DNA of 64,000 nucleotides from Tolypothrix carrinoi HA7290-LM1 (lineage in GTDB: Bacteria; Cyanobacteriota; Cyanobacteriia; Cyanobacteriales; Nostocaceae): NCBI GenBank assembly GCA_019358935.1, contig JAHHIK010000016.1:36046-100045 (forward strand), in the 5' to 3' direction. Shown piece by piece: positions 1 to 10,478 of the stretch; position 1 is the stretch's first letter, and every line of letters starts with the position of its first letter. Position numbers and translations under genes: made by a program. The notes under the pieces are model-generated. The model was not told where the DNA came from and ran no database searches. It saw only the letters and a list, made by a program, of their open reading frames with translations.

Positions 1-535
1 ATCAGATACTTCACTTTTATTAGGAGTTTGCCATTTTTGTTTCTAAAGCGAAGATATTGCCCAAACTTGGGAAAAAAGCTCTACAATCCGACGTTTGGGT
101 AATATTTTCAACTTTGATAAACTAGATACGCAATTTAAGTGCAGCTTTGCACTCTTAGTTGCGAGAAGTCGTGCAATGGTTGTGAGACAAGTTGATTAAG
201 GAGCAAATTTTGCTTTTTTTTGCAAGAAAATAAATTACAATCTCACACCTCGAAACACGCTCAACAGCGTTATTCTAGCACCGTGCTGAGTAGCGCTGAA
301 CCTCTATGTCGGCGTTTAAGCTACTGTTAGATTAGCGAAAGATACAGAATGTACAATCTGATTTTTGGAATACTGTTGAATGGCAATAATTTGAGCCATT
401 TTGCTATTTGGCAATAATAGCATGGCGTGTCTCTTCTATTCGCCCCCAGTAACCATGACAATATACCTGTGAATTCCGGACAGGATATTGACCAATTTCA
501 ATTGCAAATATTAATTTTATATAAGAGCCGTAGCA

Positions 536-1621
536 ATGAAGACACTTCCCATTAGTAGATACAGATTTTTCCAGAAGCTACAACCCCTCTCTCTATTGAC
601 CAAAATTAGTAATAAGTCTGTTACTGGTTGTTTGCAAGTATTTAGTACCACAGGTTCTTGGTCAATCTATATAGAGTCAGGTAAATTAACTTATGGCTGC
701 TACTCAGATCGCGTCTTTGAAATGCTTTACAAAAATTTGCAGCGATTGAGTCAACATATTCCTGCTTTTCCGAAAGGAATTTACGAGCAGTTACGGGCAA
801 TATTTGAAACAGGTATTGATAATGAAGCAATACCGAATCCAGATTATCTAGCTATTTGCTGGTTAGTTAATCAAAAGTATCTTAGCCCAACGCAAGCGGG
901 GATTTTGATAGAGCAATTAGCAATAGAAGTTTTGGAATCGTTTTTGAGATTACAAGAGGGAAGTTATGAGTTTACTCATGAAAGCTTTCTTGATGATATG
1001 CCAAAGTTCTGTCATTTGAATTTGCGATCGCTTGTCGAAAAGAGTCAGAAGCGAGCTTCATACCGCAAAAATACTCAGTCCCAAGTTTCCCTAGCACAGC
1101 GATCGCAATTTTTACGCGAACCTCAACCAAAATCGCAACAATTACCCAGACAAAACGGCTATAAACCACAAGAAAATCCTAACTCGGCTTCACCCCGCGA
1201 TGTTCACATTGCTGATAAAAGTATAGAGCAAAACAACCAGCAATCAACGGAGAAGAAACTTTATAAAATCTTCTGCATTGATGATAGTCCCACAGTATTG
1301 AATGCAATGAAAAGCTTTTTAGATGAGCAAATGTTTTCTGTTATTGCAGTTAACGAACCATTAAAAGCTTTAATGCAAATTCTCCGTACCAAACCAGATG
1401 TGATTTTACTAGACATTGAAATGCCGAATTTAGATGGATATGAATTATGCTCTTTGTTGCGGAAACATTCATATTTTAAAAACACACCTGTGATTATGGT
1501 TACAGGTAGGACAGGATTAATAGATAGAGCTAAAGCAAAGATAGTTAGAGCGTCTGGCTATTTAACTAAGCCTTTTACACAAGCAGATTTATTGAAAACT
1601 GTTTTTCAACACATTGTTTAA
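536..1621 (+). CDS. patA: PatA heterocyst-pattern response regulator (PATAN + C-terminal receiver domain)
   Basis: N-terminus MKTLPISRYRFFQKLQPLSLL closely resembles Anabaena PatA as recalled; C-terminal REC domain (CIDDS, LLDIEMP, YLTKPF). Confidence 0.88.
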   Translation: MKTLPISRYRFFQKLQPLSLLTKISNKSVTGCLQVFSTTGSWSIYIESGKLTYGCYSDRVFEMLYKNLQRLSQHIPAFPKGIYEQLRAIFETGIDNEAIPNPDYLAICWLVNQKYLSPTQAGILIEQLAIEVLESFLRLQEGSYEFTHESFLDDMPKFCHLNLRSLVEKSQKRASYRKNTQSQVSLAQRSQFLREPQPKSQQLPRQNGYKPQENPNSASPRDVHIADKSIEQNNQQSTEKKLYKIFCIDDSPTVLNAMKSFLDEQMFSVIAVNEPLKALMQILRTKPDVILLDIEMPNLDGYELCSLLRKHSYFKNTPVIMVTGRTGLIDRAKAKIVRASGYLTKPFTQADLLKTVFQHIV

Positions 1622-2137
1622 TTCAGCAATCAGATTGTCAAGACGCTAAACTAACTTATTTATGCTAAAATATTTAACTTTTAGTGTTAGTTGCTTTGGC
1701 ATAATTATGATGCTCAAAGATGCTTGCATTCCAACACTATTAAAGTGACTGGCGTTGTGTTGCTTTCTCAAAATAAATCTGGTTAATCAACAAGTTTTGA
1801 GTGTAATTTCCAGTTACAAAAATTAAGCGAATCAGCATTTTATGACTTGGAGATAAAATGCTGACACCTATAACTCAAGCTTTACAGCCGCAAACAGCTT
1901 CTGGTGCAATTTAATTAGTGGCTGCATGGATCTACATTCTATCATGAGCAGGTCAAAAATTGCAATTCATACCTGACAAATCTAATCTTACTAAGCTATA
2001 GCGATCGCATATGTCAAAACCCTTATTTATTAGTATCTTTGATTTGATTGATTAAAGAAAATTACTAATAATAAAGAAAGTTTTGCGCGACTGGTTACAA
2101 TTTTTGCTAAATAACAAGGGCTGCGTTCTTTGATTTG

Positions 2138-2390
2138 TAGGACTTACGCACAGCTCACGGAAAAACGTTCGCCCTTGGCGTTGCCGTTGGCGAAGCCTCT
2201 CGTTCGCCCTTGGCGTCTTTGAAGGAGAAGAGAAGGCTACCGCAGAGAACGCAGAGAAGCCAGTGCGTTGCGGAGCCAGCGCCGTGGGCGGGTTTCCCGA
2301 CTTGAGGCGACTGGCGTGGGGTTCCCCCCGTTGTAGCACCTGGCGCGACACGGAAGTTGAGAGTTTGGGAGAGTTTTTGCGTAAGTCCCG
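2138..2390. mobile_element. MITE with TIR TAGGACTTACGCA / TGCGTAAGTCCCG carrying nested small repeats
   Basis: Inverted ends at 2138-2150 and 2378-2390; ATTTG on both flanks; same TIR recurs at ~63976. Confidence 0.65.
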
Positions 2391-2509
2391 ATTTGAATAA
2401 AATCGACCATTAAAGTTTACGTAAGCTGCATAAATAGCACATAAAGTCACCTATTACTTTATATCAGGGATGTAGAAAGAATCGAGAGTGATTCAATAGG
2501 GGCGCACTT

Positions 2510-5221
2510 ATGGCTAAACGTATCTACCGAAAGCTTTTAACTCATATTAGTTTATGTGCGATCGCTATTTCATCGCCTTTACTTTTGACCGGCATCAGTT
2601 GGGCGCAAACCTCCACCGACACCAAAGTTGAGCAAATTCAGCAGCAAAAGCCAGAAGATATCCAAAAGCGTTCAAATCAAATCAATGCTTTAATTAAACG
2701 CAATTCGCCAGATGCTATTGTTGAGCTAAAAAAGGCTTTGAAAGACAGTAATCAAGAGATGCGTAGCTATGCAACCGATGGTCTGAGGAGCATCGGTACA
2801 GGTGCTGAAGCTGCTTTGCCTGACCTGATTGAGACTCTTAAAAAAGACCCAGATAAGGATGTGCGTGCTGGTGCAGTCAGGGCTATCAGAGCGATCGCTC
2901 CAGAAGCAGGTGTCCCTGCATTCATCCAAGCTTTCAAACAAGACTCAGATGCTAGAGTGCGCGAACTAGCTGCCCAAGCTTTAGGGGAGGTTCCGACAAA
3001 AGCCAAACAAGCTATTCCTGACTTGATCGAAGCTCTTCTAAACAACCCGAAGCTAGACGTGCGTAAAGGTGCGGCTGAAGCCTTGGCAAAGATAGAGTTG
3101 CATCGAGATGCTGTGCCTGACCTGAGAAAGGCACTAAAAGACACAAGTTGGCAGGTGCGTCGCTCTGCTGCTGAAGCTTTAGGAAATATTGGTGCAGAAG
3201 CTTCATCCGCTGTACCTGACCTAATTTCTGCTCTCAAAAAAGACCGTAACTATACCATGCGTCGCTCTGCTGCTGAAGCTTTAGGAAATATTGGTATGAA
3301 AGCTTCATCCGCTGTACCTCAACTAATTGCCGCTCTGAAAGACCAAAATTTTAAGGTACGTGGCTCTGCTGCTGAAGCCTTGGGAAAGATGGGTATAGAA
3401 GCTTCATCAGCTATGCCGAATCTGATTATAAATCTCAAAGACGAGAATAAAGATGTGCGTCGCAAGACAGTCACTGCCCTGAGCCAGATTGGTCTTAGCC
3501 TTAAGACCAAGGCAAGCAATAATCAGCTATCCATCTCAGAATTGAATCGAGGCATATCGCCTTTGGAGACAGCCTTAAAAATTGTAGAAGAGCCTAAGAA
3601 TAAGTTCTCAACAGAAGATATGGAAAAAATAAAACAAGTTCTCAATCTTCTTAATAGCAAAAAAACAGAACACTTATTCATCAATCAGATTCTCAAGAAT
3701 CCGTTAGTATGGGGAGTTGGAATTTACTTTATCTTACTCTTCGGGATTTTTTGGTTACGCCCTCTGTGGTTGCTAAAAATTGATAAATTCCTAAAACCTA
3801 TAGGTTTTAAAGTGCCTGTTGTCGGTACAGAAATATCGCTGAACTTTTTATTGTTGCTGCTGAAAGACCACCCCAGAGCGCTAGATGCTTGGGTAGCTGC
3901 ACACCTGAAATCAGTTAGAGAGGAATTTCAGGAAAAGGATACAATCAGCAATAGAAATGTTTATATATCTATCCCTGTTATACACAACGGTAAAACCGTA
4001 GCCCAAATTAACGGCAAAGATTTGTACGCTAGCTTTAAAAAACACCGAGATTGCTTGCTGATTCAGGGTGAAGGCGGAGTAGGTAAGACCAGCCTTGCCT
4101 GTCAAATCGCGAAGTGGGCAATGTCTGAAGATGAGGCAGAACGCCTCTGCCAGCACCCGATGTTACCAGTGCTAATTGAGGAAGAACTGGATTTGCAATC
4201 AGCAGATGATACACGAGTAGCAGCTAAACGAGCTTTGATGGCGGCTATCAGGGGACAGGTGCAAGATTTGACCAACCAAGCAGAGCCACCCTCCGAGGAA
4301 TTACTGGAACTCCTCCTTAAGCATCGGCGAATTTTGGTAATTGTAGATCACTTTTCGGAAATGAGCGAAGCCACACGCAAAGCAATTCGCCCTGAATCTC
4401 CGGATTTTCCGATCAACGCTTTAATTGTCACCTCACGCTTTGAGGAAAAGCTGGGTGGAGTAACCAAAACTACCTTAAAGCCTTTGCGAATTGAGGGTAA
4501 TCGCCTGTCGTCGTTTATGGAAGCCTACTTAACTCAGCAAGGCAAGCGTGACTTGTTTACCGATACAGAGTTTTTCAATGCTTGCAGTCGCCTGTCGCTG
4601 ATGGTGGGTCAGCGAAACATCACCGCACTACTAGCGAAACTGTATGCCGAACAACTGATTGCTGTCAAGGTTGAGGGGATGAAGGAGTTAGCCTTACAGA
4701 TGCCTGATAGTATCCCGGATTTGATGCTTTCTTACCTAAACGAACTTAACGCAAGCGTGAGCGGGGTAAAATTGAGCGATCGCACTGTACACAAAGATGC
4801 GAGTGCGATCGCTTGGGAATGCCTCAAACAAACTCTTCGACCTGCAACTGCTAATACAGAGGTGGCGATCGCTATCCTGGGTGGTAACAATGCGGAAACT
4901 CGCCTCAAGTATCTAGAAGACCGTCTCCGGTTGATCCAAACTATCGGTGCTGCACAAGACCAAATCCGCTTTGCCCTTGACCCCTTAGCAGAATATCTGG
5001 CGGCTTTGCACTTAATAGACTTTTACGGCAAAGACTCGCAATTATGGCAGGAGTTCTTACAACAAGCAGAGGCTATACCCGGATCGCCAGATTCAATCAA
5101 AGGTTTCCTCCTCGCACTGCGAGATTGTTGCCTTATCAAAGGCAAACAAGCAAACGTGCCAAACTTTGTAGCAGAGGAATTGGGAAAACTGGCGAGTTTA
5201 TCTCCACTTGTAGCAGTTTAA
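2510..5221 (+). CDS. Signal peptide + HEAT (PBS-lyase-like) repeats + TM helix + NACHT/STAND-like P-loop NTPase
   Basis: Repeated VRRSAAEALGNIG motifs; hydrophobic LVWGVGIYFILLFGIFWL; Walker A GEGGVGKT; Walker B ILVIVD. Confidence 0.8.
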   Translation: MAKRIYRKLLTHISLCAIAISSPLLLTGISWAQTSTDTKVEQIQQQKPEDIQKRSNQINALIKRNSPDAIVELKKALKDSNQEMRSYATDGLRSIGTGAEAALPDLIETLKKDPDKDVRAGAVRAIRAIAPEAGVPAFIQAFKQDSDARVRELAAQALGEVPTKAKQAIPDLIEALLNNPKLDVRKGAAEALAKIELHRDAVPDLRKALKDTSWQVRRSAAEALGNIGAEASSAVPDLISALKKDRNYTMRRSAAEALGNIGMKASSAVPQLIAALKDQNFKVRGSAAEALGKMGIEASSAMPNLIINLKDENKDVRRKTVTALSQIGLSLKTKASNNQLSISELNRGISPLETALKIVEEPKNKFSTEDMEKIKQVLNLLNSKKTEHLFINQILKNPLVWGVGIYFILLFGIFWLRPLWLLKIDKFLKPIGFKVPVVGTEISLNFLLLLLKDHPRALDAWVAAHLKSVREEFQEKDTISNRNVYISIPVIHNGKTVAQINGKDLYASFKKHRDCLLIQGEGGVGKTSLACQIAKWAMSEDEAERLCQHPMLPVLIEEELDLQSADDTRVAAKRALMAAIRGQVQDLTNQAEPPSEELLELLLKHRRILVIVDHFSEMSEATRKAIRPESPDFPINALIVTSRFEEKLGGVTKTTLKPLRIEGNRLSSFMEAYLTQQGKRDLFTDTEFFNACSRLSLMVGQRNITALLAKLYAEQLIAVKVEGMKELALQMPDSIPDLMLSYLNELNASVSGVKLSDRTVHKDASAIAWECLKQTLRPATANTEVAIAILGGNNAETRLKYLEDRLRLIQTIGAAQDQIRFALDPLAEYLAALHLIDFYGKDSQLWQEFLQQAEAIPGSPDSIKGFLLALRDCCLIKGKQANVPNFVAEELGKLASLSPLVAV

Positions 5222-5274
5222 TTTCTATAGTGTCAAACCGGACGACAAGCAGATACTCCCTTCCCGCTACAAAA

Positions 5275-6123
5275 TTACCTATCTTCTTTTTCTTCTTCCT
5301 TCGTGTCCTTCGTGTCTTCGCGGTTCGTTAGATAAATATTCTTCGAGCGGGAAGAAAATAAAATGCTGTGCATGTTCACCACAGATCCAATAACAGCGAT
5401 CGCCGGCGCTCCAAATCCAGTTGTCTCTACTTGCTCTACAATTGTCTTTAATTTACCAATTAATTCTTCTTGATCCGGTCGCGTACCCCAACGCACTAAA
5501 GCGATCGGCGTTTCTAAATCCAACCCGGCAGAATGTAACTCTTGGACAATGTAAGGTAGATTGTGAATTCCCATATAAATCACAATCGTTTCTGAACCGC
5601 GAGCGATCGCATTCCAGTTTACCGTCGGTTGGTACTTCCCCGCTGCCTCGTGACCCGTGACAAATGTCACCGAAGAACTATACAAGCGATGAGTTAAAGG
5701 AATACCCGCATAAGCTGGAGCGGCGATTCCCGATGTAATACCGGGCACAACTTCGGTGGATATCCCAGCTTTCAGCAATTCTTCCATTTCTTCGCCACCG
5801 CGACCAAAGATAAACGGATCGCCACCTTTTAGCCGCACCACAACTGCATTAGTATGTGCTTTATCAATCAATAACTGCGTAGTTTCTGACTGTAATAAAG
5901 AATGTCGCCCCATTCGCTTACCGGCGTTTATTTTCTCTGCGTTAGGATTAATCATTGCGAGAATTGCCGGACTTACTAAAGCATCATAAATGACGACATC
6001 GGCACATTCCAACAAAGCTTTACCCTTGAGAGTCATTAATCCCGGATCGCCGGGTCCCGCACCGACTAAATAAACTTTTCCCAAATATTTCTTTTCTACT
6101 TCGTTAGTGTCTTCGCGGTTCAT
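5275..6123 (-). CDS. cobA: Uroporphyrinogen-III C-methyltransferase
   Basis: VYLVGAGPGDPGLMT, RLKGGDPFIFGRGGEE; ATG at 6123 overlaps the stop of the upstream chelatase (ATGA). Confidence 0.93.
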   Translation of the reverse strand: MNREDTNEVEKKYLGKVYLVGAGPGDPGLMTLKGKALLECADVVIYDALVSPAILAMINPNAEKINAGKRMGRHSLLQSETTQLLIDKAHTNAVVVRLKGGDPFIFGRGGEEMEELLKAGISTEVVPGITSGIAAPAYAGIPLTHRLYSSSVTFVTGHEAAGKYQPTVNWNAIARGSETIVIYMGIHNLPYIVQELHSAGLDLETPIALVRWGTRPDQEELIGKLKTIVEQVETTGFGAPAIAVIGSVVNMHSILFSSRSKNIYLTNREDTKDTKEEEKEDR

Positions 6124-6884
6124 TTGTGAATCAAATCCCAAATCAGATCGGCTAATTCTGCACTTGCTCCCAAAGGTTCAGCCAGTTGGAAACGCACAGC
6201 AGGGAATTGTAATTTTAACTCTTGTTCAGAGCGAGCGATCGCATCTGTGATACCGCCAGCAAATAAAAAGTATGGCAAAATAGTAATATTTTTACAACCA
6301 GCACTCACCAACTCTTTCACTCGTGATTCTAAACTAGGAGCCACAGACCAATAAGCTGTTAATACTCCCAAATTCGCTGCCATTGCTTCGACTTGTTTTT
6401 TAGAACCAGGACGACGGCTACCATGAGTTAAAAGAATCCATCCTTGGTTGTAACAATTTTCGCTGCTTTGGGCAATTTGCTTTGCTAGCAAATGTTCTAC
6501 ACCAGCATGACTACCTAAATATGGTTGCAACTCAATTATGATATCTTCAGCCGCCTGTTGAGCCAGAGCCACTTCACCGGGAATATCTTCCATTACATGC
6601 ACCCCAGGCAGCAGAAATAATGGTAATATTTTTAGGCGATGATACCCATTCGCTTTCAGCATTTGGGCAAATCTTTTAATCTGCTCGTGCAAAGGTTCAG
6701 GCTTCAATTCTAAGTATGCAGTACCTACCAATTCGCATCTTGGCGGCGACATTACACCACCAATGATAGACCTTTGTAAGTTGCTTTCCAGCTTATTATT
6801 TACCAGTTTTGCCAATTGCTGCATAGCAATTTCCTGGCGCGGATCGCGACTTCCGTGAGACACCAACAGATATGCAGATAGCAT
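6120..6884 (-). CDS. cbiX: Sirohydrochlorin chelatase (CbiX/SirB family, two-domain)
   Basis: Two HGSR motifs, PLFLLPGVHVMEDIP, PYFLFAG; coupled to cobA. Confidence 0.85.
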   Translation of the reverse strand: MLSAYLLVSHGSRDPRQEIAMQQLAKLVNNKLESNLQRSIIGGVMSPPRCELVGTAYLELKPEPLHEQIKRFAQMLKANGYHRLKILPLFLLPGVHVMEDIPGEVALAQQAAEDIIIELQPYLGSHAGVEHLLAKQIAQSSENCYNQGWILLTHGSRRPGSKKQVEAMAANLGVLTAYWSVAPSLESRVKELVSAGCKNITILPYFLFAGGITDAIARSEQELKLQFPAVRFQLAEPLGASAELADLIWDLIHK

Positions 6885-7053
6885 TAGCGATCGCTTACTC
6901 AAAGCGCAAATTTTATATATCTTATCAAATTATTAAGTTGCGTAGACGCAAATCTAATTCGCGTCTACGCAGCCCTAACTATATAACCTGCAAAGCTGAT
7001 AAATTAACTTTTAGGATAGGATATTCTCCTCTTCGTTTTCCTAAAAATTAAAA

Positions 7054-7737
7054 CTATTTTGCCGCACCTGGGTCAGCAACGTAACGGAAAGTCGGTTCCG
7101 AATTCCAAGGACCGCGTTCATCCTTACCGTTGGTAGATAGGTTGTAGTAAATATCCACAGTGTTATCTGGTTGGATATTTCCAAAGAACGGGTCAGTTAA
7201 CTTACCCAAAGAATCCAACGCTTTCATAAACATTTGGGTATGAGAAATTTCCCGTGTCAACAGATGAACGAGCGTATTTTTCGTTCCTTCATCAGTCGCT
7301 AGTTTAATCAAGGATTCGTATGTTTGACGTGCCCCAGCTTCAGCAGCAAGGTTAGCCCGCAAATCGCGCACTACATCACCACCTTCATTTACATAACTGG
7401 CACTCCAAGTATTACCTTGACTATCTAATAAGTGTGGTCCCATACCCCGCACTGCAAACAAAGTGCTTTTGTAAGCTTCAGTTTGGTCAACATTTTTGGT
7501 GTGAACTTCAATCAATTGACCCACCATTTCTAAGTGACCGAACTCTTCTAAGGCAATATCTTGCAGCATATCGCGAATACCTGGGTCTTCGCAATGAAAG
7601 GATTGAGTCCAATATTGCAAAGCTGCTGTTAATTCACCAGTTGCACCACCAAATTGCTCTAAAAGCAGTTGAGCAAAGCGCGGATTTGGCTCTTTGACAT
7701 CAACAGAATGAATCGGGTCTTTTTTGTGAAAAAACAT
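7054..7737 (-). CDS. katB: Manganese catalase
   Basis: EQFGGATGEL, DIALEEFGHLEMV, LLTREISH; resembles Anabaena KatB as recalled. Confidence 0.9.
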   Translation of the reverse strand: MFFHKKDPIHSVDVKEPNPRFAQLLLEQFGGATGELTAALQYWTQSFHCEDPGIRDMLQDIALEEFGHLEMVGQLIEVHTKNVDQTEAYKSTLFAVRGMGPHLLDSQGNTWSASYVNEGGDVVRDLRANLAAEAGARQTYESLIKLATDEGTKNTLVHLLTREISHTQMFMKALDSLGKLTDPFFGNIQPDNTVDIYYNLSTNGKDERGPWNSEPTFRYVADPGAAK

Positions 7738-8000
7738 CAGCGTCTCCCTCTCTTTTTATGGCACATTTCAGCATTGGAAATGTAATTTTTTTCACAAAAT
7801 TACAAGTCATCTGGAAATGCTCGGCACACATCTAATCATGTTAGATATCACATCCAATCTTTACATGAACCTTGAGAATGACTTACTTGATAAGCATCTC
7901 TAACCAAAGTTTGATTTTGTCGATGAGAAAATGGAAATAAAAATAACTCTAAGAGAAGAAAGCGTCTTTGAAGGGAAGAGCAAGAAATTACGCTTCTTTT

Positions 8001-8381
8001 CTACTGCTGTTCGGCGCTGTAAGTATAAAAGCTTTCAAATGCTCCTACACTCTCAAATGTATAAGAAGGCAGCCATGAATTCAGTTTTAAATCTGTACGA
8101 TAAATACTAAAAATAATAAAATCTTGCCGTTCCGTTGTGCCTGCAATAAGTTCGCGCACTTGTGGACTAGCGGAGTCTACTAGTTTATCGCAATCTAATT
8201 TAATTAAATTTTCTAACATCTTTGGTGTTTTTTTGCAGACATCGCTTTTTAAGTATTTTGTCAACTGTTGCACGGCATATTCTTCATATTCCGCTTGACT
8301 GGGATTTGTCTTCGTCATCGTCACTCCCAAGAGAACTAGTCCTGCTGCCCCCACATATGTCATAATTGTTGAGAGTCTCAT
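8001..8381 (-). CDS. DUF4359-like membrane-anchored protein
   Basis: N-terminal TM, TNPSQAEYEEYA, FIIFSIYRTDL motifs. Confidence 0.7.
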   Translation of the reverse strand: MRLSTIMTYVGAAGLVLLGVTMTKTNPSQAEYEEYAVQQLTKYLKSDVCKKTPKMLENLIKLDCDKLVDSASPQVRELIAGTTERQDFIIFSIYRTDLKLNSWLPSYTFESVGAFESFYTYSAEQQ

Positions 8382-8473
8382 TTTTCCTAACTGTTAATCA
8401 CTGAAGTCTCTTGACTCTAGATTAACTGACTCCGTTCCTTAAACAAAAACTCTGGATAAATTCGCCGGGGCTA

Positions 8474-8482
8474 TGTTATAAT
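8474..8482 (+). promoter_or_regulatory. Extended -10 promoter of tRNA-His
   Basis: TGTTATAAT ending ~13 nt upstream of the tRNA. Confidence 0.6.
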
Positions 8483-8494
8483 GAATCGAAGAAT

Positions 8495-8568
8495 GGCGAG
8501 CGTAGCCAAGTGGTTAAGGCAGTGGTTTGTGGTACCACCATTCGTGGGTTCAAGTCCCATCGTTCGCC
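8495..8568 (+). tRNA. trnH: tRNA-His(GTG)
   Basis: G-1, acceptor stem GCGAGCG/CGTTCGC, anticodon arm GTGGT-TTGTGGT-ACCAC, GGTTCAAGTCC T-arm, C discriminator; CCA not encoded. Confidence 0.95.
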
Positions 8569-8569
8569 C

Positions 8570-9145
8570 TTATTTCAGAATAAGACCAACAGCACGGCGG
8601 ATATATGCTTCGACTGGTTCAACGCTAGGCATAAATACCAGCGCGTAAAGCATGATTCCGCTCATCAGGTCAAAAACTAAATCGCTATCTGTATCAGCGT
8701 GGATTTCATTTCTAATCTTAGCCCGCTCGATCGCAACCTGAAAAGCTTGGCGTCGTGGTAAAAGGTATTTTGTCCAATAAACTTGGGCAAATTGCGGACT
8801 GCTGGAAGCAGCACCGATAATCATCGCCAGAATTTGACGACCCAAAGGTGTGAGAGTAGTTTTCACCGCAATCTCAATAATGCAGTCTATATCGCTTGAA
8901 AGCGTACCTGTATCAGGTATTTCAATTTCTTCGCGAACACTTTCAATCGCGTCAGCCACTAGTTCTTCTTTAGAAGCATACCATCGATAGATTGTGGTTT
9001 TGCCAACACCAGCCGATCGCGCGATCGCATCAATACTCAGGCGATCGTAACCCATCTGAGAAAGCAAATCGAGAGTTGCCTTGATGATGGCTTGATGAGA
9101 TTCTGCACTGCGCGGTCTTCCTGGTTTTTTGTCTGATTTCGTCAT
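8570..9145 (-). CDS. TetR/AcrR family transcriptional regulator
   Basis: PGRPRS...LSIDAIARSAGVGKTTIYRWYASKEEL HTH; ATG at 9145 chosen as start. Confidence 0.9.
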   Translation of the reverse strand: MTKSDKKPGRPRSAESHQAIIKATLDLLSQMGYDRLSIDAIARSAGVGKTTIYRWYASKEELVADAIESVREEIEIPDTGTLSSDIDCIIEIAVKTTLTPLGRQILAMIIGAASSSPQFAQVYWTKYLLPRRQAFQVAIERAKIRNEIHADTDSDLVFDLMSGIMLYALVFMPSVEPVEAYIRRAVGLILK

Positions 9146-9505
9146 GATTGGGGACGCTTGGACGCTTAGATTAGGGATTAGGGACGCTTGGACTGGTGAG
9201 TCCTGCACAATTGTCTTGGTTTCCCTCTCAATCACAAAGACGCTTCGCGTTCACGAAGCAATACAGTTGAGTTAGAGAAAGGAAAAGGTGCAAAGGTGAA
9301 TGTTTTAAATTTTATTTCACCTTTACCTTTCTCCTATCAGAGTCTATTCCACGCAACCGAAAACCCTTATATTGGTACTTAGTCTGAAAAACTACACAAT
9401 TGACATGGGGTAGCAATACACGGTACATGATGATTCAACAGTTAAATTTTTGAAGATGAAAAATTTGATTAATTGCAAGTTTGATCAGCACAAGGAGGGG
9501 TGGTA

Positions 9506-10474
9506 ATGGATGCTAGCTTAATCGTTTCCAACATCCTGAATCCGCCAATCTTATTTTTCTTTCTGGGGATGACTGCTGTTTTTGTCAAGTCCGATCTAGA
9601 AATTCCGGCACCAATACCCAAACTTTTGTCGCTTTATCTGCTGTTTGCGATTGGTTTTAAAGGGGGAGTAGAACTGATCAAAAGCGGTATCACTCAAGAA
9701 GTAGTGCTAACAATGTTGGCAGCCATGTTAATGGCTTGTTTTGTGCCAATTTACACCTTTTTCATTCTGAAGCTGAAGCTGGATACTTACGATGCGGCGG
9801 CGATCGCAGCAACCTACGGCTCTATTAGTGCTGTCACCTTCATCACTGCTAGTGCCTTTCTGGATGAGCTTGGCATTGCTTATGATGGCTACATGGTTGC
9901 AGCCCTTGCCCTGATGGAATCTCCAGCAATTATTGTTGGACTCATCCTGGTGAATATATTTACCGCCGATGGGAAGCGGGACTTTTCCTGGACGGAAGTC
10001 TTACAAGAGGCATTTCTCAATAGTTCAGTTTTTCTTCTAGTCGGTAGCCTCCTGATTGGTGTCTTAACAGGAGAACATGGTTGGCACGTATTAGAACCCT
10101 TTACTCAAGGCTTATTTTATGGTGTTCTTACCTTCTTTTTGCTGGACATGGGACTAGTCGCTGCCAGAAGAATTAAAGACTTGCAAAAAACCGGATTTTT
10201 TCTCATTTCATTTGCCATACTAATTCCAATACTCAATGCAGGCATTGGGTTGCTGATTGCTAAATTCATCGGTATGCATCAGGGAGATTCACTCTTGTTT
10301 GCTGTGTTATCTGCCAGCGCGTCTTATATCGCTGTCCCAGCTGCAATACGGATGACTGTTCCAGAAGCGAACCCCAGCCTGTACGTTTCTACCGCTCTGG
10401 CAGTAACATTCCCGTTCAACATTATCGTGGGTATTCCGTTATATCTATACGGAATTAACCTGTTTTGGAGGTAA
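9506..10474 (+). CDS. sbtA: Sodium-dependent bicarbonate transporter (SbtA family)
   Basis: LLFAIGFKGG, YGSISAVTF, ASASYIAVPAA, TFPFNIIVGIP; SD AAGGAGG. Confidence 0.88.
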   Translation: MDASLIVSNILNPPILFFFLGMTAVFVKSDLEIPAPIPKLLSLYLLFAIGFKGGVELIKSGITQEVVLTMLAAMLMACFVPIYTFFILKLKLDTYDAAAIAATYGSISAVTFITASAFLDELGIAYDGYMVAALALMESPAIIVGLILVNIFTADGKRDFSWTEVLQEAFLNSSVFLLVGSLLIGVLTGEHGWHVLEPFTQGLFYGVLTFFLLDMGLVAARRIKDLQKTGFFLISFAILIPILNAGIGLLIAKFIGMHQGDSLLFAVLSASASYIAVPAAIRMTVPEANPSLYVSTALAVTFPFNIIVGIPLYLYGINLFWR

Positions 10475-10478
10475 TAAT

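Noticed and set aside
2200..2212. TCGTTCGCCCTT matching the tRNA-His 3' end (possible att site)
   Set aside because: Only ~12 nt, part of a dispersed repeat, upstream of the tRNA, and no integrase in the window
2052..2450. 132-aa minus-strand ORF
   Set aside because: It spans the MITE and nested repeats, so is unlikely to be a real gene
9146..9235. N-terminal extension of TetR with a short duplicated VQAS motif
   Set aside because: Weak GTG start and low complexity; ATG 9145 fits the family better
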